Source of the DNA: Ferroglobus placidus DSM 10642
GTDB lineage: Archaea > Halobacteriota > Archaeoglobi > Archaeoglobales > Archaeoglobaceae
NCBI RefSeq assembly: GCF_000025505.1
Contig: NC_013849.1
Span: forward strand, 1,920,001 to 1,952,000
Reading direction: 5' to 3'
Length of the DNA stretch: 32,000 nucleotides
The notes under the pieces are model-generated. The model was not told the DNA's origin. It did no database searches and saw only the letters and a list, made by a program, of their open reading frames with translations. The number at the start of each line of letters is the position of its first letter. Positions within the stretch are counted from its first letter, which is position 1. The translations under genes were made by a program, and so were the position numbers. This document shows, in pieces, positions 1 through 10,689 of the stretch.

Positions 1-1162
1 TGATATCCTTCACTCCCTTCCTTTCGCAAACTTCTATCAATTTTCTCAAAAGATCCTTGGCGTGAACATCCCTCGTTTTCCCGCAGAAGTTCGAGGCACA
101 GGCTATGGAGTTGTAGTATACTTGTCCTTCTCTTATCTCGAACGTCTTCTCAAGATCCCTCCTCAACTTTTCGACATCCTTAACATCCACAAACGTAACG
201 TTCTGCTGAGGAGTTAGCCTTACCTCTCCTTCTCCGTGCTTGTCAGCCATGTCGGCTATGAATTCAAGCTTTTCAGCGTTGAGAACTCCGCCTATAATAG
301 GCAGAGTGTAATAGTACAAGCCGTTAACCTGCTCGCCGCTTCCGTTGTGATCAGCATGTCTCAACTCAATTCCCTCAACTCTTTCAAGCTTCCCAATTTT
401 TTCCTCTATCACGCTTCTAAGCTTCTCGATCCCCCAAGAATTTACGAGATTTTTGAATCTCGCTTTCGCTTTGCTCTCTCTGCTCGAATGGTCTCTGTGA
501 ATTTCCACAACAGCCTTAACGAACTCGAAAACTTTCTCTTCCGGAACGAAAACACCGAGATTTTTAGCGAGAGTGGGTCCGGGATGGCTTGCCCCTATGC
601 TTCCTCCTACGAAGGGAACGAAACCTCTTCTCCCGTCGAGCTCGACTCCGTACATTCCGAGATCGTTTATTCCGAGCCTTACGCAATCTCCTCCGCATCC
701 GGTGAAAGCGATCTTGAACTTCCTCGGAAGATCTATGAACTCTGGATTTCCCGAGAAGAATTCCGTAAGCTCTTTTGCGTGCTTTGCAACGTCGAAATCG
801 GAAATTTTTCCGCTTAGAGGGCAAGAAACTATATTTCTTACGTCACCATAGCAAGCTCCGCTGAATCCCTGCCCGCAGAGATCGGTCGTGTAGCCGAGAC
901 TGTACAGCTCTTCAAAAATTTCCAAAGCTTTTTCGCTGTCTATCCAGTGGAGCTGAATATCCTGCCTGTCGGTTATTTCAGCGTAGCCTCTTCCGTACTT
1001 TCTCGAAAGCTTCGCTATCTCTCTAAGTTTGTCGCTCGTAATTTGCCCAGCCGGAATTTTTATCCTGAGAAAGTGCAATGATCCATTTCCGTTGTCTCTG
1101 CCCAAGGAGTACTTACCTATAAATTTCCCAATTTCGCCAAGCTCAATTTTGATCTCCATCAT
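1..1162 (-). CDS. Nitrite/sulfite reductase family hemoprotein (siroheme/4Fe-4S type). N-terminal ~387 codons; the C-terminus lies beyond the left edge, so it is absent from the ORF track.
   Basis: Hand translation from ATG at 1162..1160 is uninterrupted to position 1: MMEIKIELGEIGKFIGKYSLGRDNGNGSLHFLRIKIPAGQITSDKLREIAKLSRKYGRGYAEITDRQDIQLHWI... It carries two NIR/SIR ferredoxin-like half-domain signatures (LRIKIPAGQIT..ITDRQDIQL and LPIIGGVLNAEKL..RLTPQQNVTF) and Cys motifs TGCGGDC and CASNFCGK. Confidence 0.8.
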   Translation of the reverse strand, partial: MMEIKIELGEIGKFIGKYSLGRDNGNGSLHFLRIKIPAGQITSDKLREIAKLSRKYGRGYAEITDRQDIQLHWIDSEKALEIFEELYSLGYTTDLCGQGFSGACYGDVRNIVSCPLSGKISDFDVAKHAKELTEFFSGNPEFIDLPRKFKIAFTGCGGDCVRLGINDLGMYGVELDGRRGFVPFVGGSIGASHPGPTLAKNLGVFVPEEKVFEFVKAVVEIHRDHSSRESKAKARFKNLVNSWGIEKLRSVIEEKIGKLERVEGIELRHADHNGSGEQVNGLYYYTLPIIGGVLNAEKLEFIADMADKHGEGEVRLTPQQNVTFVDVKDVEKLRRDLEKTFEIREGQVYYNSIACASNFCGKTRDVHAKDLLRKLIEVCERKGVKDI

Positions 1163-1192
1163 TTGAAAGTTTTTTCAAATTACGATATATAA

Positions 1193-1209
1193 AGTTAACG
1201 GCGTTAACT
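1193..1209. promoter_or_regulatory. Perfect 7-bp inverted repeat AGTTAAC-GGC-GTTAACT abutting a TATA-like ATATATAAA (1185-1193) in the 93-bp divergent spacer
   Basis: Read directly from the sequence. It lies between the ATG of the reductase gene (1162, minus) and the start of the TauE gene (1259, plus). A second AT-rich box, TATTAATATCAT, follows at about 1209-1220. Confidence 0.4.
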
Positions 1210-1258
1210 ATTAATATCATAACGTATGAAGAAAATTAAAAGTAAACAGTGTTAAGTG

Positions 1259-2041
1259 ATGGGGATGGAGTTCGCTCTAATCGGCTTCGTCGTCGGTTTG
1301 CTTGTGGGATTAACAGGAATAGGCGGAGGAGCGCTGATGACGCCGGTGCTTCTTTTTCTCGGAATACCGATAGAGAAAGCGATAGGCACGGATTTGCTAT
1401 ACTCCTTCTCAGTTAAATCTTTCTCGTCCGCTTTGTATAAAAAAGGAAGGAGCGTTGATGGGACGTTGATAAAGTTAACATCCCCTTCCGGAATACTTGG
1501 AGTCTTCTTCGGCTATTTGCTGCTGAAAGCTGGTGTCGTTGATAGAAAAGTTCTCACCACGATTCTCGGAGCAACGCTCTTCTCAGTAGCTTTGCTAATG
1601 ATACTTTCAAGTGCGAGAAGGAGGTTCAAGACCGAATGTTTGATATGCGAAAGGTACTGCGAAAGATTTGAAGAAGGAAATGGGAAAAAGGCGATTATAG
1701 CAGTTATAGCCTTTTTAGTTGGGATTCTCGTCGAACTAACTTCCATTGGAAGCGGAACGCTGCTAACGTTTGCGATAATTTCTGTGACTAACCTAAAGCC
1801 GAACAAGATAGTGGGCTCGGATTTGATTACCTCCCTCTTCCTCACCGGAGTAGCTTCAGCTCTCCACGCAGACCTCGGAAATATAGATTTTGTTTTAGCG
1901 AGCCATTTAATTCCCTCCGGAATCCTCGGAGCCGCTATCGGCTATCAGCTGTCTAAGAAGTGCTCTCCGGAAATGTTGAAGTCTGCTATTTCAGCTTGCG
2001 TAGCAGTGGCTGCTCTTACCGTAATCTTTGGAAAGATGTGA
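1259..2041 (+). CDS. TauE/SafE (DUF81) family anion/sulfite exporter-like membrane protein
   Basis: The ORF track gives 1256..2041 (GTG 1256; ATG 1259 and 1265 are in frame). It has the Gly-rich N-terminal TM GLLVGLTGIGGGALMTPVL and two 4-TM halves. The central loop contains CLICERYCERF. Confidence 0.8.
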   Translation: MGMEFALIGFVVGLLVGLTGIGGGALMTPVLLFLGIPIEKAIGTDLLYSFSVKSFSSALYKKGRSVDGTLIKLTSPSGILGVFFGYLLLKAGVVDRKVLTTILGATLFSVALLMILSSARRRFKTECLICERYCERFEEGNGKKAIIAVIAFLVGILVELTSIGSGTLLTFAIISVTNLKPNKIVGSDLITSLFLTGVASALHADLGNIDFVLASHLIPSGILGAAIGYQLSKKCSPEMLKSAISACVAVAALTVIFGKM

Positions 2042-2143
2042 TAGCAAACATCGAAACGATATCGGATGAGGTCAATCAAACCAAAAAGTTTATAAACGCT
2101 GAAATCGATGGCTCGTGAACAAGAAATCCGGAGGTAGTTGGAT

Positions 2144-2401
2144 TTGGCGGAAATAACAGAAGTGAGAATATATAAAGCGAAAGGAAACGGCGTAGTTAAA
2201 GCCTACGCGTCTGTAAGTTTGGACAACGAGTTTGTCGTGAAGGGGATAAAAATTGTGGAAGGAGAGAGCGGGCTTTGGGTTAGCATGCCGAGTAGAAAGG
2301 CGAAGGATGGGAGCTATCAGGATATATTCCACCCAACAAGTAGAGAGGCGAGAGAGAAAATAGTAAGTGCGGTGTTAGAGGCTTACAAGAGCCAGATATA
2401 G
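2144..2401 (+). CDS. spoVG: SpoVG family nucleic-acid-binding protein
   Basis: ITEVRIYKAKGNGVVKAYASVSLDNEFVVKGIKIVEGESGLWVSMPSRKAKDGSYQDIFHPTSREAREKIVSAVLEAY matches the SpoVG pattern residue by residue (..IASITLD.EFVV.DI.V..G..G.FVAMPS....DG...DI.HP....R..I...V...Y). GGAGGT at 2130-2135 favours TTG 2144 over TTG 2138 as the start. Confidence 0.85.
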   Translation: MAEITEVRIYKAKGNGVVKAYASVSLDNEFVVKGIKIVEGESGLWVSMPSRKAKDGSYQDIFHPTSREAREKIVSAVLEAYKSQI

Positions 2402-2465
2402 CCGGTTTGCAAATTCTCTAAGATTTTTCGGTAAATTTTTAAAACTTTTATAGATTGTTTTTTTC

Positions 2466-2876
2466 ATGGAAGAAATTACGAGAATCGGCGTCAGTCTTCC
2501 GAAAAACCTCCTTGAAGAATTCGATAGCATCATAGGAAAGAGAGGATACTCCTCAAGAAGCGAGGCAATTAGAGATGCCATACGAAGCTACATAATCGAA
2601 TACAAGTGGCTCGAAAAGGAGGAGGGTGAAGCAGTTGGAGTTCTGAACGTCGTTTACGATCACGAAGTGAAAGGTGTCAGCGACACTCTCATCGACTTGC
2701 AGCACGAGTTTTCTGATATTATTCTCGCAAGCCTACACCTCCATCTTAAAAGAGATCTGTGCTTGGAAATGATAATTCTCAGGGGTGATATGAAGAGAAT
2801 AAAAGAGATCTCCGATAAAGTCTCCGCTGTGAAGGGAGTAAGGTTCGTGAAGTTTCTAACCGCCTTTAAGGAGTGA
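2466..2876 (+). CDS. nikR: Nickel-responsive regulator NikR (ribbon-helix-helix plus ACT-like metal domain)
   Basis: N-terminal [41 protein letters not shown]. The C-terminal domain has H-x-H-x5-C (HLHLKRDLC) plus YDHE and LQHE, at the positions of the E. coli H87/H89/C95 site. Confidence 0.85.
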   Translation: MEEITRIGVSLPKNLLEEFDSIIGKRGYSSRSEAIRDAIRSYIIEYKWLEKEEGEAVGVLNVVYDHEVKGVSDTLIDLQHEFSDIILASLHLHLKRDLCLEMIILRGDMKRIKEISDKVSAVKGVRFVKFLTAFKE

Positions 2877-3497
2877 TTTTCCGTACTTGCAAATCTCCAC
2901 CAACTTACACTCGTTACACTTCGGCTTTATTGGCTTACATATTGTCTGTCCGAAGCCTACCATAGCTTTGTTTACCCTTCTCCAGTACTTTTTCGGAACG
3001 ATCTTTTTCAGCTCCTCTTCCGTCTCTTCCGGAGTTTTCGTCTCAACCAATCCGAGCCTGTTCGAGATTCTGTGGACGTGGGTGTCTACTGCTATAGCTT
3101 CCTTTCCAAACGCTTCAGCCAAGACGACGTTAGCAACTTTTCTTCCAACTCCCGGGAGTTTAAGAAGGTCCTCAAGCTTGTCCGGAACTCTCGAATTGAA
3201 CTCCTTGACGAGAATCTCGCCGAGTTTTTTAAGCTTCTTAGCCTTTTCTCTGTAAAAACCTACACCTCTGATGAGTTTCTCAATCTCCTCGACTTTCATC
3301 CTCGCAAGATCTTCCGGAGTTTTCACGACCCTAAACAGCCTCTCTGAAGCTTCTATTGTCGCTTCGTCTCTCGTTCTCGTGCTTAAAATTGCCGAAACGA
3401 GAATTTTGAAGGGATCCCGCTCAGATTTCCAGAACACTGCAGCATTTCTCTTCTTCGCTTCGTTTTCCATTACATTTATAAGCCATTCCCAGTCCAC
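2856..3497 (-). CDS. nth: Endonuclease III (DNA glycosylase/AP lyase)
   Basis: HhH-GPD motif [16 protein letters not shown], followed by the C-terminal 4Fe-4S loop C-x6-C-x2-C-x5-C ([17 protein letters not shown]). Confidence 0.9.
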   Translation of the reverse strand: MDWEWLINVMENEAKKRNAAVFWKSERDPFKILVSAILSTRTRDEATIEASERLFRVVKTPEDLARMKVEEIEKLIRGVGFYREKAKKLKKLGEILVKEFNSRVPDKLEDLLKLPGVGRKVANVVLAEAFGKEAIAVDTHVHRISNRLGLVETKTPEETEEELKKIVPKKYWRRVNKAMVGFGQTICKPIKPKCNECKLVEICKYGKSLLKGG

Positions 3498-3566
3498 AGG
3501 ATAAAGTAAGATAACCTTTAAAAACTGTTTCCGAAAAACTATGGCATGCTTTTACGGTGATGTTAG

Positions 3567-4133
3567 ATGTACGCGAGGGTCAAAATTAGGGACACTGTCA
3601 GAGTTCCTCCAAACAGGCTCGGGGAGGATATGGAGGAGGTAATTAACGAACTTCTCTGGGAGCAGTTTGAGGGGAAGCTGGATAGGGAATACGGGATGAT
3701 CGTGGGTATAGAGAGCATAGAGGAAATAGGAGAGGGAAGAATAATTGAGGGAGATGGTGGAGTTTATTTCGATGTGATTTTCAACGCGATAACTTTCAAG
3801 CCCCTACTTCAGGAGGTTGTCGAAGGGGAAGTGGTGGAGATAGTTGAATTTGGAGCGTTTGTTTCGATAGGACCGATGGACGGCTTGCTCCACATGAGCC
3901 AGATAATGGACGACTACATCGTTTACGACGAGAAGAACAAGAGGTTAGTAGGGAAAGAAACGAAGAGGTCGCTTGAGGAGGGAGATGCCGTAAGGGTGAG
4001 AATAGTCGCTCTAAGCTTAAAGGAGAGGGACCCGTCGAAAAGCAAGATAGGTTTGACGATGCGCCAGCCATGGCTTGGGGCAATAAAATGGCTTGAGGAG
4101 GAGATCAAAAAGATTCTGGAGGAGAAGGCATGA
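3567..4133 (+). CDS. rpoE: DNA-directed RNA polymerase subunit E' (Rpo7), S1 domain
   Basis: Typical N-terminus MYARVKIRDTVRVPP and an S1 fold (GEVVEIVEFGAFVSIGPMDGLLH). Conserved position upstream of spt4. Confidence 0.9.
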   Translation: MYARVKIRDTVRVPPNRLGEDMEEVINELLWEQFEGKLDREYGMIVGIESIEEIGEGRIIEGDGGVYFDVIFNAITFKPLLQEVVEGEVVEIVEFGAFVSIGPMDGLLHMSQIMDDYIVYDEKNKRLVGKETKRSLEEGDAVRVRIVALSLKERDPSKSKIGLTMRQPWLGAIKWLEEEIKKILEEKA

Positions 4134-4318
4134 CGGAAGTGGCTTGTAAATCCTGCAAATACATCACGAGCGAAGCCACGGTCTGCAAAATCTGCGGAGG
4201 AAGGGATTTCACGAAAAACTGGTACGGATATTTAGTGGTGATAGACCCGGAAAAGAGCGAAATAGCGAAGAAGCTCGGAATTAAGTATCCGGGGAAGTAC
4301 GCTTTGACAGTGAGCTGA
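4130..4318 (+). CDS. spt4: Transcription elongation factor Spt4 / RNAP subunit E''
   Basis: 62 aa with a zinc ribbon, CKSC..x..CKIC. The ATGA overlap with rpoE' is the canonical gene pair. Confidence 0.85.
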   Translation: MTEVACKSCKYITSEATVCKICGGRDFTKNWYGYLVVIDPEKSEIAKKLGIKYPGKYALTVS

Positions 4319-4319
4319 A

Positions 4320-4892
4320 ATGCTGAGAATGCCGGAATCTCTAAGAAAAGATCTTCAAAAGCCTTACGGCAGAGTGTACAGAGGTAGAGGGGTTGAGCTG
4401 GTTAAGAGAATTGAAGAGTTAAGAAAAGCGAAGTACGTGGCTTGCATAGGAGATCTCGTAAGCCTATACTCGCTCCAAGCAGGATACAAGCCGGATATCG
4501 TCGTTCTGGACTATAAAACGGAGAGGGAAAAACTCGATGACGATTTTTCCTCGAAAATTTCAAAACTGCTTGAAGGCTACGAAAAAGTAGAGGCTGAAAA
4601 TCCCCAAAGCTGCATAAGCGAAGATCTGGTGGAAAAGTTGGTTGAAGCTGTCAGAAATCTCGGGAGGAGGAGAACTGCCGTGATCGTTAAGGGAGAGGAA
4701 GATTTGGCTACCCTCGTTTTAGCTGCTTTAATGCCTTCCGGCTCGATAATTCTCTACGGAATCCCTTCCGTTGGGATCGCTGCTTATGAGGTCGGTGAAA
4801 AAGTTCTAATACTCAACCTTCTCCAGAAGTTTGAAGCCGAAGAAAACGATAGGGTTATGAAAATGATCGAGGAGGTGTTGGAATGGAACTGA
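4320..4892 (+). CDS. DUF359 protein, GTP-dependent dephospho-CoA kinase family
   Basis: LRKDLQKPYG...ACIGDLVS...PDIVVLDYKTER pattern. It occupies the conserved slot between spt4 and S24e in archaeal genomes. Confidence 0.7.
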   Translation: MLRMPESLRKDLQKPYGRVYRGRGVELVKRIEELRKAKYVACIGDLVSLYSLQAGYKPDIVVLDYKTEREKLDDDFSSKISKLLEGYEKVEAENPQSCISEDLVEKLVEAVRNLGRRRTAVIVKGEEDLATLVLAALMPSGSIILYGIPSVGIAAYEVGEKVLILNLLQKFEAEENDRVMKMIEEVLEWN

Positions 4893-5181
4893 GAATAGAA
4901 AAGGAGAGATACAATCCGCTCCTTAAAAGGAGGGAAGTTTACTTTAGAGTAACATTCAACGGAGCCACGCCGAAGAGGAGCGAAGTTAGAGAAAAGCTTG
5001 CCGCTCTGCTCAACGCAAATTCGAACACAACAGTAATCGACTGGATGAGGAACGAATTTGGGAAGACTGAAGCTGTGGGTTACGCTAAAATCTACGACAG
5101 CGAAGAAGACATGAGAAGCATCGAAGAAGAGCACGTTTTGAGGAGGAACTTCGGAGGTAAGGAGGAAGAAGAGGGAGGTGA

Positions 5182-5185
<4 letters not shown>
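4883..5185 (+). CDS. rps24e: 30S ribosomal protein S24e
   Basis: [23 protein letters not shown]....[11 protein letters not shown] is the S24e signature. Confidence 0.9.
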
Positions 5186-6907
<1,722 letters not shown>

Positions 6908-6921
6908 AAAATATTATTTTC

Positions 6922-7746
6922 ATGGCAACCTACGTTTTCTTTCACAGAGAATTCGTGGGAAAAAATTGGCCAATAGTCGGAGACAGATACAGAGGTTTCG
7001 AAAGCTTGATCGAGGAATTTAAAAAGCTTGGAGCCGCAGTTTTTGAGCCAGAAGAAGTTGACGAAAATCTTTTGCTGAAAGTACACACGGAAAAGTTTCT
7101 GGAAGAGCAGAGCAAAAACTGGTACTACAGAGGAGCCAAGCTCACCGTAGGAGGAGTTGTGAAGGCTTGCGAGCTCGTGTGGAAGGAAAAAGGTAACGCG
7201 GTGGTTTTCTCCGTTGCTGCCGGACATCACGCTGGAAGAAATCACGCTTGGGGCGGTACTTATCTTAACTGCGCCGGAACGGCTTTGGTTAGACTCAGAG
7301 AGCTCGGATTGAGGAGAATCGCTTTGATAGACACAGACGCTCATCACGGAGACGGAGACAGAGACGTCCTCTTCGGAGATAGAAACGCTCTTCACATCTG
7401 CTTCTGCTGGAACAACATCGTCGAGGACGGAGGAACTAAGATCTGCGTTAGAGTGAGCGACGTCGATGGAGACGAGGAGTACCTTGAGAGAGTTTTAGAC
7501 ACCTTTGGCATTATAGAAAAATTCGAGCCGGAAATGATACTGCACTTCTTCGGACACGACACTCATAAATACGATTACGGTAGCCTGGGCTTAAGCGAGG
7601 AGTTCTTTCCGAAACTCGCTAAGGAGATTAAAAATTTGGCTGACGAGATCTGCGAGGGAAGATACGTTCTTATAGATGGTGGCGGAGCTAACAGAGAGGT
7701 AGGAATGAAAATCTGGAGAGAAATCGTAAAAATTCTTCTGAGTTAA
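6922..7746 (+). CDS. Short histone-deacetylase/acetylpolyamine-amidohydrolase fold protein (arginase-deacetylase superfamily)
   Basis: AAGHHAGR (His-His dyad), [11 protein letters not shown] (Asp/His zinc ligands) and [10 protein letters not shown] (third zinc Asp). The C-terminal motif reads DGGGAN instead of GGGY. Confidence 0.7.
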   Translation: MATYVFFHREFVGKNWPIVGDRYRGFESLIEEFKKLGAAVFEPEEVDENLLLKVHTEKFLEEQSKNWYYRGAKLTVGGVVKACELVWKEKGNAVVFSVAAGHHAGRNHAWGGTYLNCAGTALVRLRELGLRRIALIDTDAHHGDGDRDVLFGDRNALHICFCWNNIVEDGGTKICVRVSDVDGDEEYLERVLDTFGIIEKFEPEMILHFFGHDTHKYDYGSLGLSEEFFPKLAKEIKNLADEICEGRYVLIDGGGANREVGMKIWREIVKILLS

Positions 7747-8714
7747 TCGTCTATCCTAAGATCTTTTAGGTAAACCCCTTCCCCTTCCTCAACGTAGCCT
7801 ACAATCTTACCGTCGTATCTTTTTTCGAGCTCTTTCGCATCATCTTCCGGCAAAATCAGCATGTATCCCATGCCCATGTTGAAAGTTCTGTACATCTCTT
7901 TTGTATCTATCTCCCCTAACCTCTGGAGGAACTCGAATATTTTTTGAGGTTTGAGGGGATTATCTATTACAAACTTCACATCTTTCAACCTTTTCAGATT
8001 TAACAAACCTCCACCGGTTATGTTTGCTATCCCGTGCACGTCGAACTTCTCTATAATTTCGAGGGTTTCCACGTAAATTCTCGTCGGCTTAAGAAGCTCT
8101 TCTCCTATCGTTCTATCCTCGAACTTGTCGAAGTAGCTTAAACCCGAAGATTCGATGAGTTTTCTTGCCAAAGTCAATCCGTTGCTGTGAATTCCGCTGC
8201 TCGGAAAAGCGTATATAACGTCTCCCTCAACGATTTTTTCTCCCGTTATTAGCTTCTTCACAACTCCTATAGCCGTTCCGGAGAGATCCCATCCTTTAAC
8301 GAAATCCAGTGTTGCCGTCTCTCCGCCAATCAAAGACATGTTTGCTATTTTACAACCTTCGTTCAGTCCTATCCCTATCTCCTCCATTATTTTTTCATCC
8401 GGGCTGTTGGTGGCTATGTAATCGACCATAGCTATCGGCTCAGCTCCCACAGCCATTAGATCGTTAGCGTTCATAGCTACGCAGTCGATTCCTATGGTTT
8501 TGAAATTCCTCATCGCCTCCGCAACTTTTATCTTCGTTCCAACGCCGTCGGTAGTTATCGCTAACAGAAACCCCACGTCGATGACGCTTGCGAAGTGATT
8601 CGTCAAAACGACCTTTCCGAAACCTTCCCTCCTGAATTTTAACGCGGAAACGAGACTCTTCACGGCTTTTTCTTCCTTTTTTATGTCAACTCCCGCCTCC
8701 GCGTAAGTTCTCAT
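7743..8714 (-). CDS. purM: Phosphoribosylformylglycinamidine cyclo-ligase (AIR synthetase)
   Basis: [15 protein letters not shown]... with the PurM N- and C-domain pattern (TDGVGTK, GGETA). Confidence 0.9.
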   Translation of the reverse strand: MRTYAEAGVDIKKEEKAVKSLVSALKFRREGFGKVVLTNHFASVIDVGFLLAITTDGVGTKIKVAEAMRNFKTIGIDCVAMNANDLMAVGAEPIAMVDYIATNSPDEKIMEEIGIGLNEGCKIANMSLIGGETATLDFVKGWDLSGTAIGVVKKLITGEKIVEGDVIYAFPSSGIHSNGLTLARKLIESSGLSYFDKFEDRTIGEELLKPTRIYVETLEIIEKFDVHGIANITGGGLLNLKRLKDVKFVIDNPLKPQKIFEFLQRLGEIDTKEMYRTFNMGMGYMLILPEDDAKELEKRYDGKIVGYVEEGEGVYLKDLRIDD

Positions 8715-9928
8715 TCTCTCAACTCCCTCAGTTTTTCGTAAAGTTTAGGCAAAAATAGTCCGACATCTGTAACCACTCCGATGGCTTGAGCTGTTCCTCT
8801 GTCCATTAGCTTCGTCACGGTTGCCGGGTTTATGTCAACGCATATCGTTTTCACAGTTGATGGCAAAAGATTTCCTACAGCTATGCTGTGCAGAGTTGTC
8901 GCAAGCATTAAAACCATGTCTATCCCCCTCAAAGCCTCCTTCATAGCCTTCTTAGCTTTCATGACGTCGGTGATAACCTCGGGAAGGGGACCATCGTCTC
9001 TGATCGATCCGGCTAAGATGAAGGGGACGTTGTTCTTAACGCACTCGTACATTATTCCGTCCTTGACTATTCCGAGCTCAACAGCCCTTTTTATTCCTCC
9101 TACCGATATGATTTTGCTTATCGTGTACAAGTGGTGTCTGTTTCCTCCCGGCACGGGTCTGCCCGTGCGAAGGTCCATTCCGAGAGACGTGCCGAAGAGA
9201 GAAGCTTCGATGTCGTGAACTGCTAAAGCGTTTCCGGAAAGAAGTAAATCAACGTATCCGTCTCTTATCATCGCCGCAAGAGCTTCTCTCGCTCCGGTGT
9301 GGTTCACAGCCGGTCCGGCTACAACAGCAATTCTGCCACCTTTCTTTTTAAGCTCGATCATCTCCCTCGCTATTATCTCCGTTATTTCCTCGGTCGGTCT
9401 TTCTGAGGAAACGCTACCACCCATGAACTGGAACGGAGAGTATTTTCTCGGTCTCTCTGGAGGAACGACTTTAACTCCTTTTTCACCCACGACTATCTTG
9501 TCTCCCTTCTTCACCTCATCAATAGAGATGCAGACTGCTCTGTCGTCTCTTATCGCAATAACCCTGTCCATGCTAATGTCTTCTACTTCAATCCACCTCC
9601 CTTTGTAGAACACGTAGGTCGGGTGGTTTGTGGTGACGTAGAAGTTGTCCGGCAAAACTTTATCAGCCTCAGCCTCCTTCAATTCCACTTCCTCGGGCTT
9701 TATCTCCCTCGCTCCAAGTTTGTGAAGCTCCCTCAAAATCTTGTTTAGATGCTCCTCATCCTTTCCAGCTACGAAAAGCCGAGCGTAGCTGTGCTCTTCC
9801 TTTTTCCTTCCGACCCTAAACTCGAGTATTTCGAATTCCCCCTCTAAATCGAGGATCGTGTCGAGGGCTTTGCTCAGTATGAGCGAATCTATCAAATGCC
9901 CTTCAAACTCGACTTCCTTCCCTATCAT
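8711..9928 (-). CDS. LOR/SDH-type conserved-region protein (TIGR00300-like); possible archaeal-type ornithine cyclodeaminase
   Basis: N-terminal ACT-like module [32 protein letters not shown] and a C-terminal Rossmann-like half. Family recognition is from memory only. Confidence 0.55.
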   Translation of the reverse strand: MIGKEVEFEGHLIDSLILSKALDTILDLEGEFEILEFRVGRKKEEHSYARLFVAGKDEEHLNKILRELHKLGAREIKPEEVELKEAEADKVLPDNFYVTTNHPTYVFYKGRWIEVEDISMDRVIAIRDDRAVCISIDEVKKGDKIVVGEKGVKVVPPERPRKYSPFQFMGGSVSSERPTEEITEIIAREMIELKKKGGRIAVVAGPAVNHTGAREALAAMIRDGYVDLLLSGNALAVHDIEASLFGTSLGMDLRTGRPVPGGNRHHLYTISKIISVGGIKRAVELGIVKDGIMYECVKNNVPFILAGSIRDDGPLPEVITDVMKAKKAMKEALRGIDMVLMLATTLHSIAVGNLLPSTVKTICVDINPATVTKLMDRGTAQAIGVVTDVGLFLPKLYEKLRELRE

Positions 9929-10689
9929 CCGAGTACCTCCTCCAAGATTTTTTTCGAAGCAAGTATTCCATCTTCGTCCCGAAGCTCTAAGGTTAGGTAG
10001 CCTTTATAATTCTTTGGTATGAAAGCTTTGAAATCTACGCTCCCCTCTCCGAGGGGGAGGTGCTCGTCGTATTCCCCTCTATTGTCGTGGAGGTGTATGT
10101 TCGCTATCTTTTCTTCGTATTCCAAAAACAGCTCGTGCCCTTCTTTAACGTTGTAATGCCCTACGTCGAGAGTTATCTTGGCTTCGGTCTCCTCGAATAT
10201 TTCTCTGAGCTTCTTTTCTATCACTCCCCTAACGGATATCGTGTTCTCTATAGCCACGATTTCTTTGTCTGCCAAAAATCCTTTAAGCTCCTCGAGAGCT
10301 CTCTCGTTAGTTTTTTCGTACCACCCCTCTTTGAAAATAAATCCCCGGGAAGTTATGAATCCGGGATTCCATCCGAGGTGAATTGTTACTAGCGGCGAAT
10401 CTATCTCTTCGGCGAACTTCAAAGTTTTCTCAAGCTCCTCGTAACTCGCTTTCCTCATCACGCTGCTCACCGAAAGAAAGTTCGTGTAAACGGCCGAAGC
10501 GTGAATTATAATCTCTACGTCGTAGATCCCCTTCAACTCAAGCACAGTTGCGGAATTAAGATACTCGTAATGGTAGTACGGATGATCCATCAAAATCTCT
10601 ACGTGATCGAAATCGTTTTCTTTAGCGAACTTCAAAGCATCTTCGAGCTTCTGATCCACTCCCGGCTGAAAGCCAAGCATAACCATCAC
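9925..10689 (-). CDS. Xylose isomerase-like TIM-barrel protein (sugar-phosphate isomerase/epimerase or AP-endonuclease-2 family)
   Basis: Pattern of metal ligands spaced along a beta/alpha barrel (..HVEI.., ..IHLG.., ..IENT.., ..LDVGH.., ..HLHDN.., ..LELR..). Confidence 0.6.
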   Translation of the reverse strand: MMVMLGFQPGVDQKLEDALKFAKENDFDHVEILMDHPYYHYEYLNSATVLELKGIYDVEIIIHASAVYTNFLSVSSVMRKASYEELEKTLKFAEEIDSPLVTIHLGWNPGFITSRGFIFKEGWYEKTNERALEELKGFLADKEIVAIENTISVRGVIEKKLREIFEETEAKITLDVGHYNVKEGHELFLEYEEKIANIHLHDNRGEYDEHLPLGEGSVDFKAFIPKNYKGYLTLELRDEDGILASKKILEEVLG

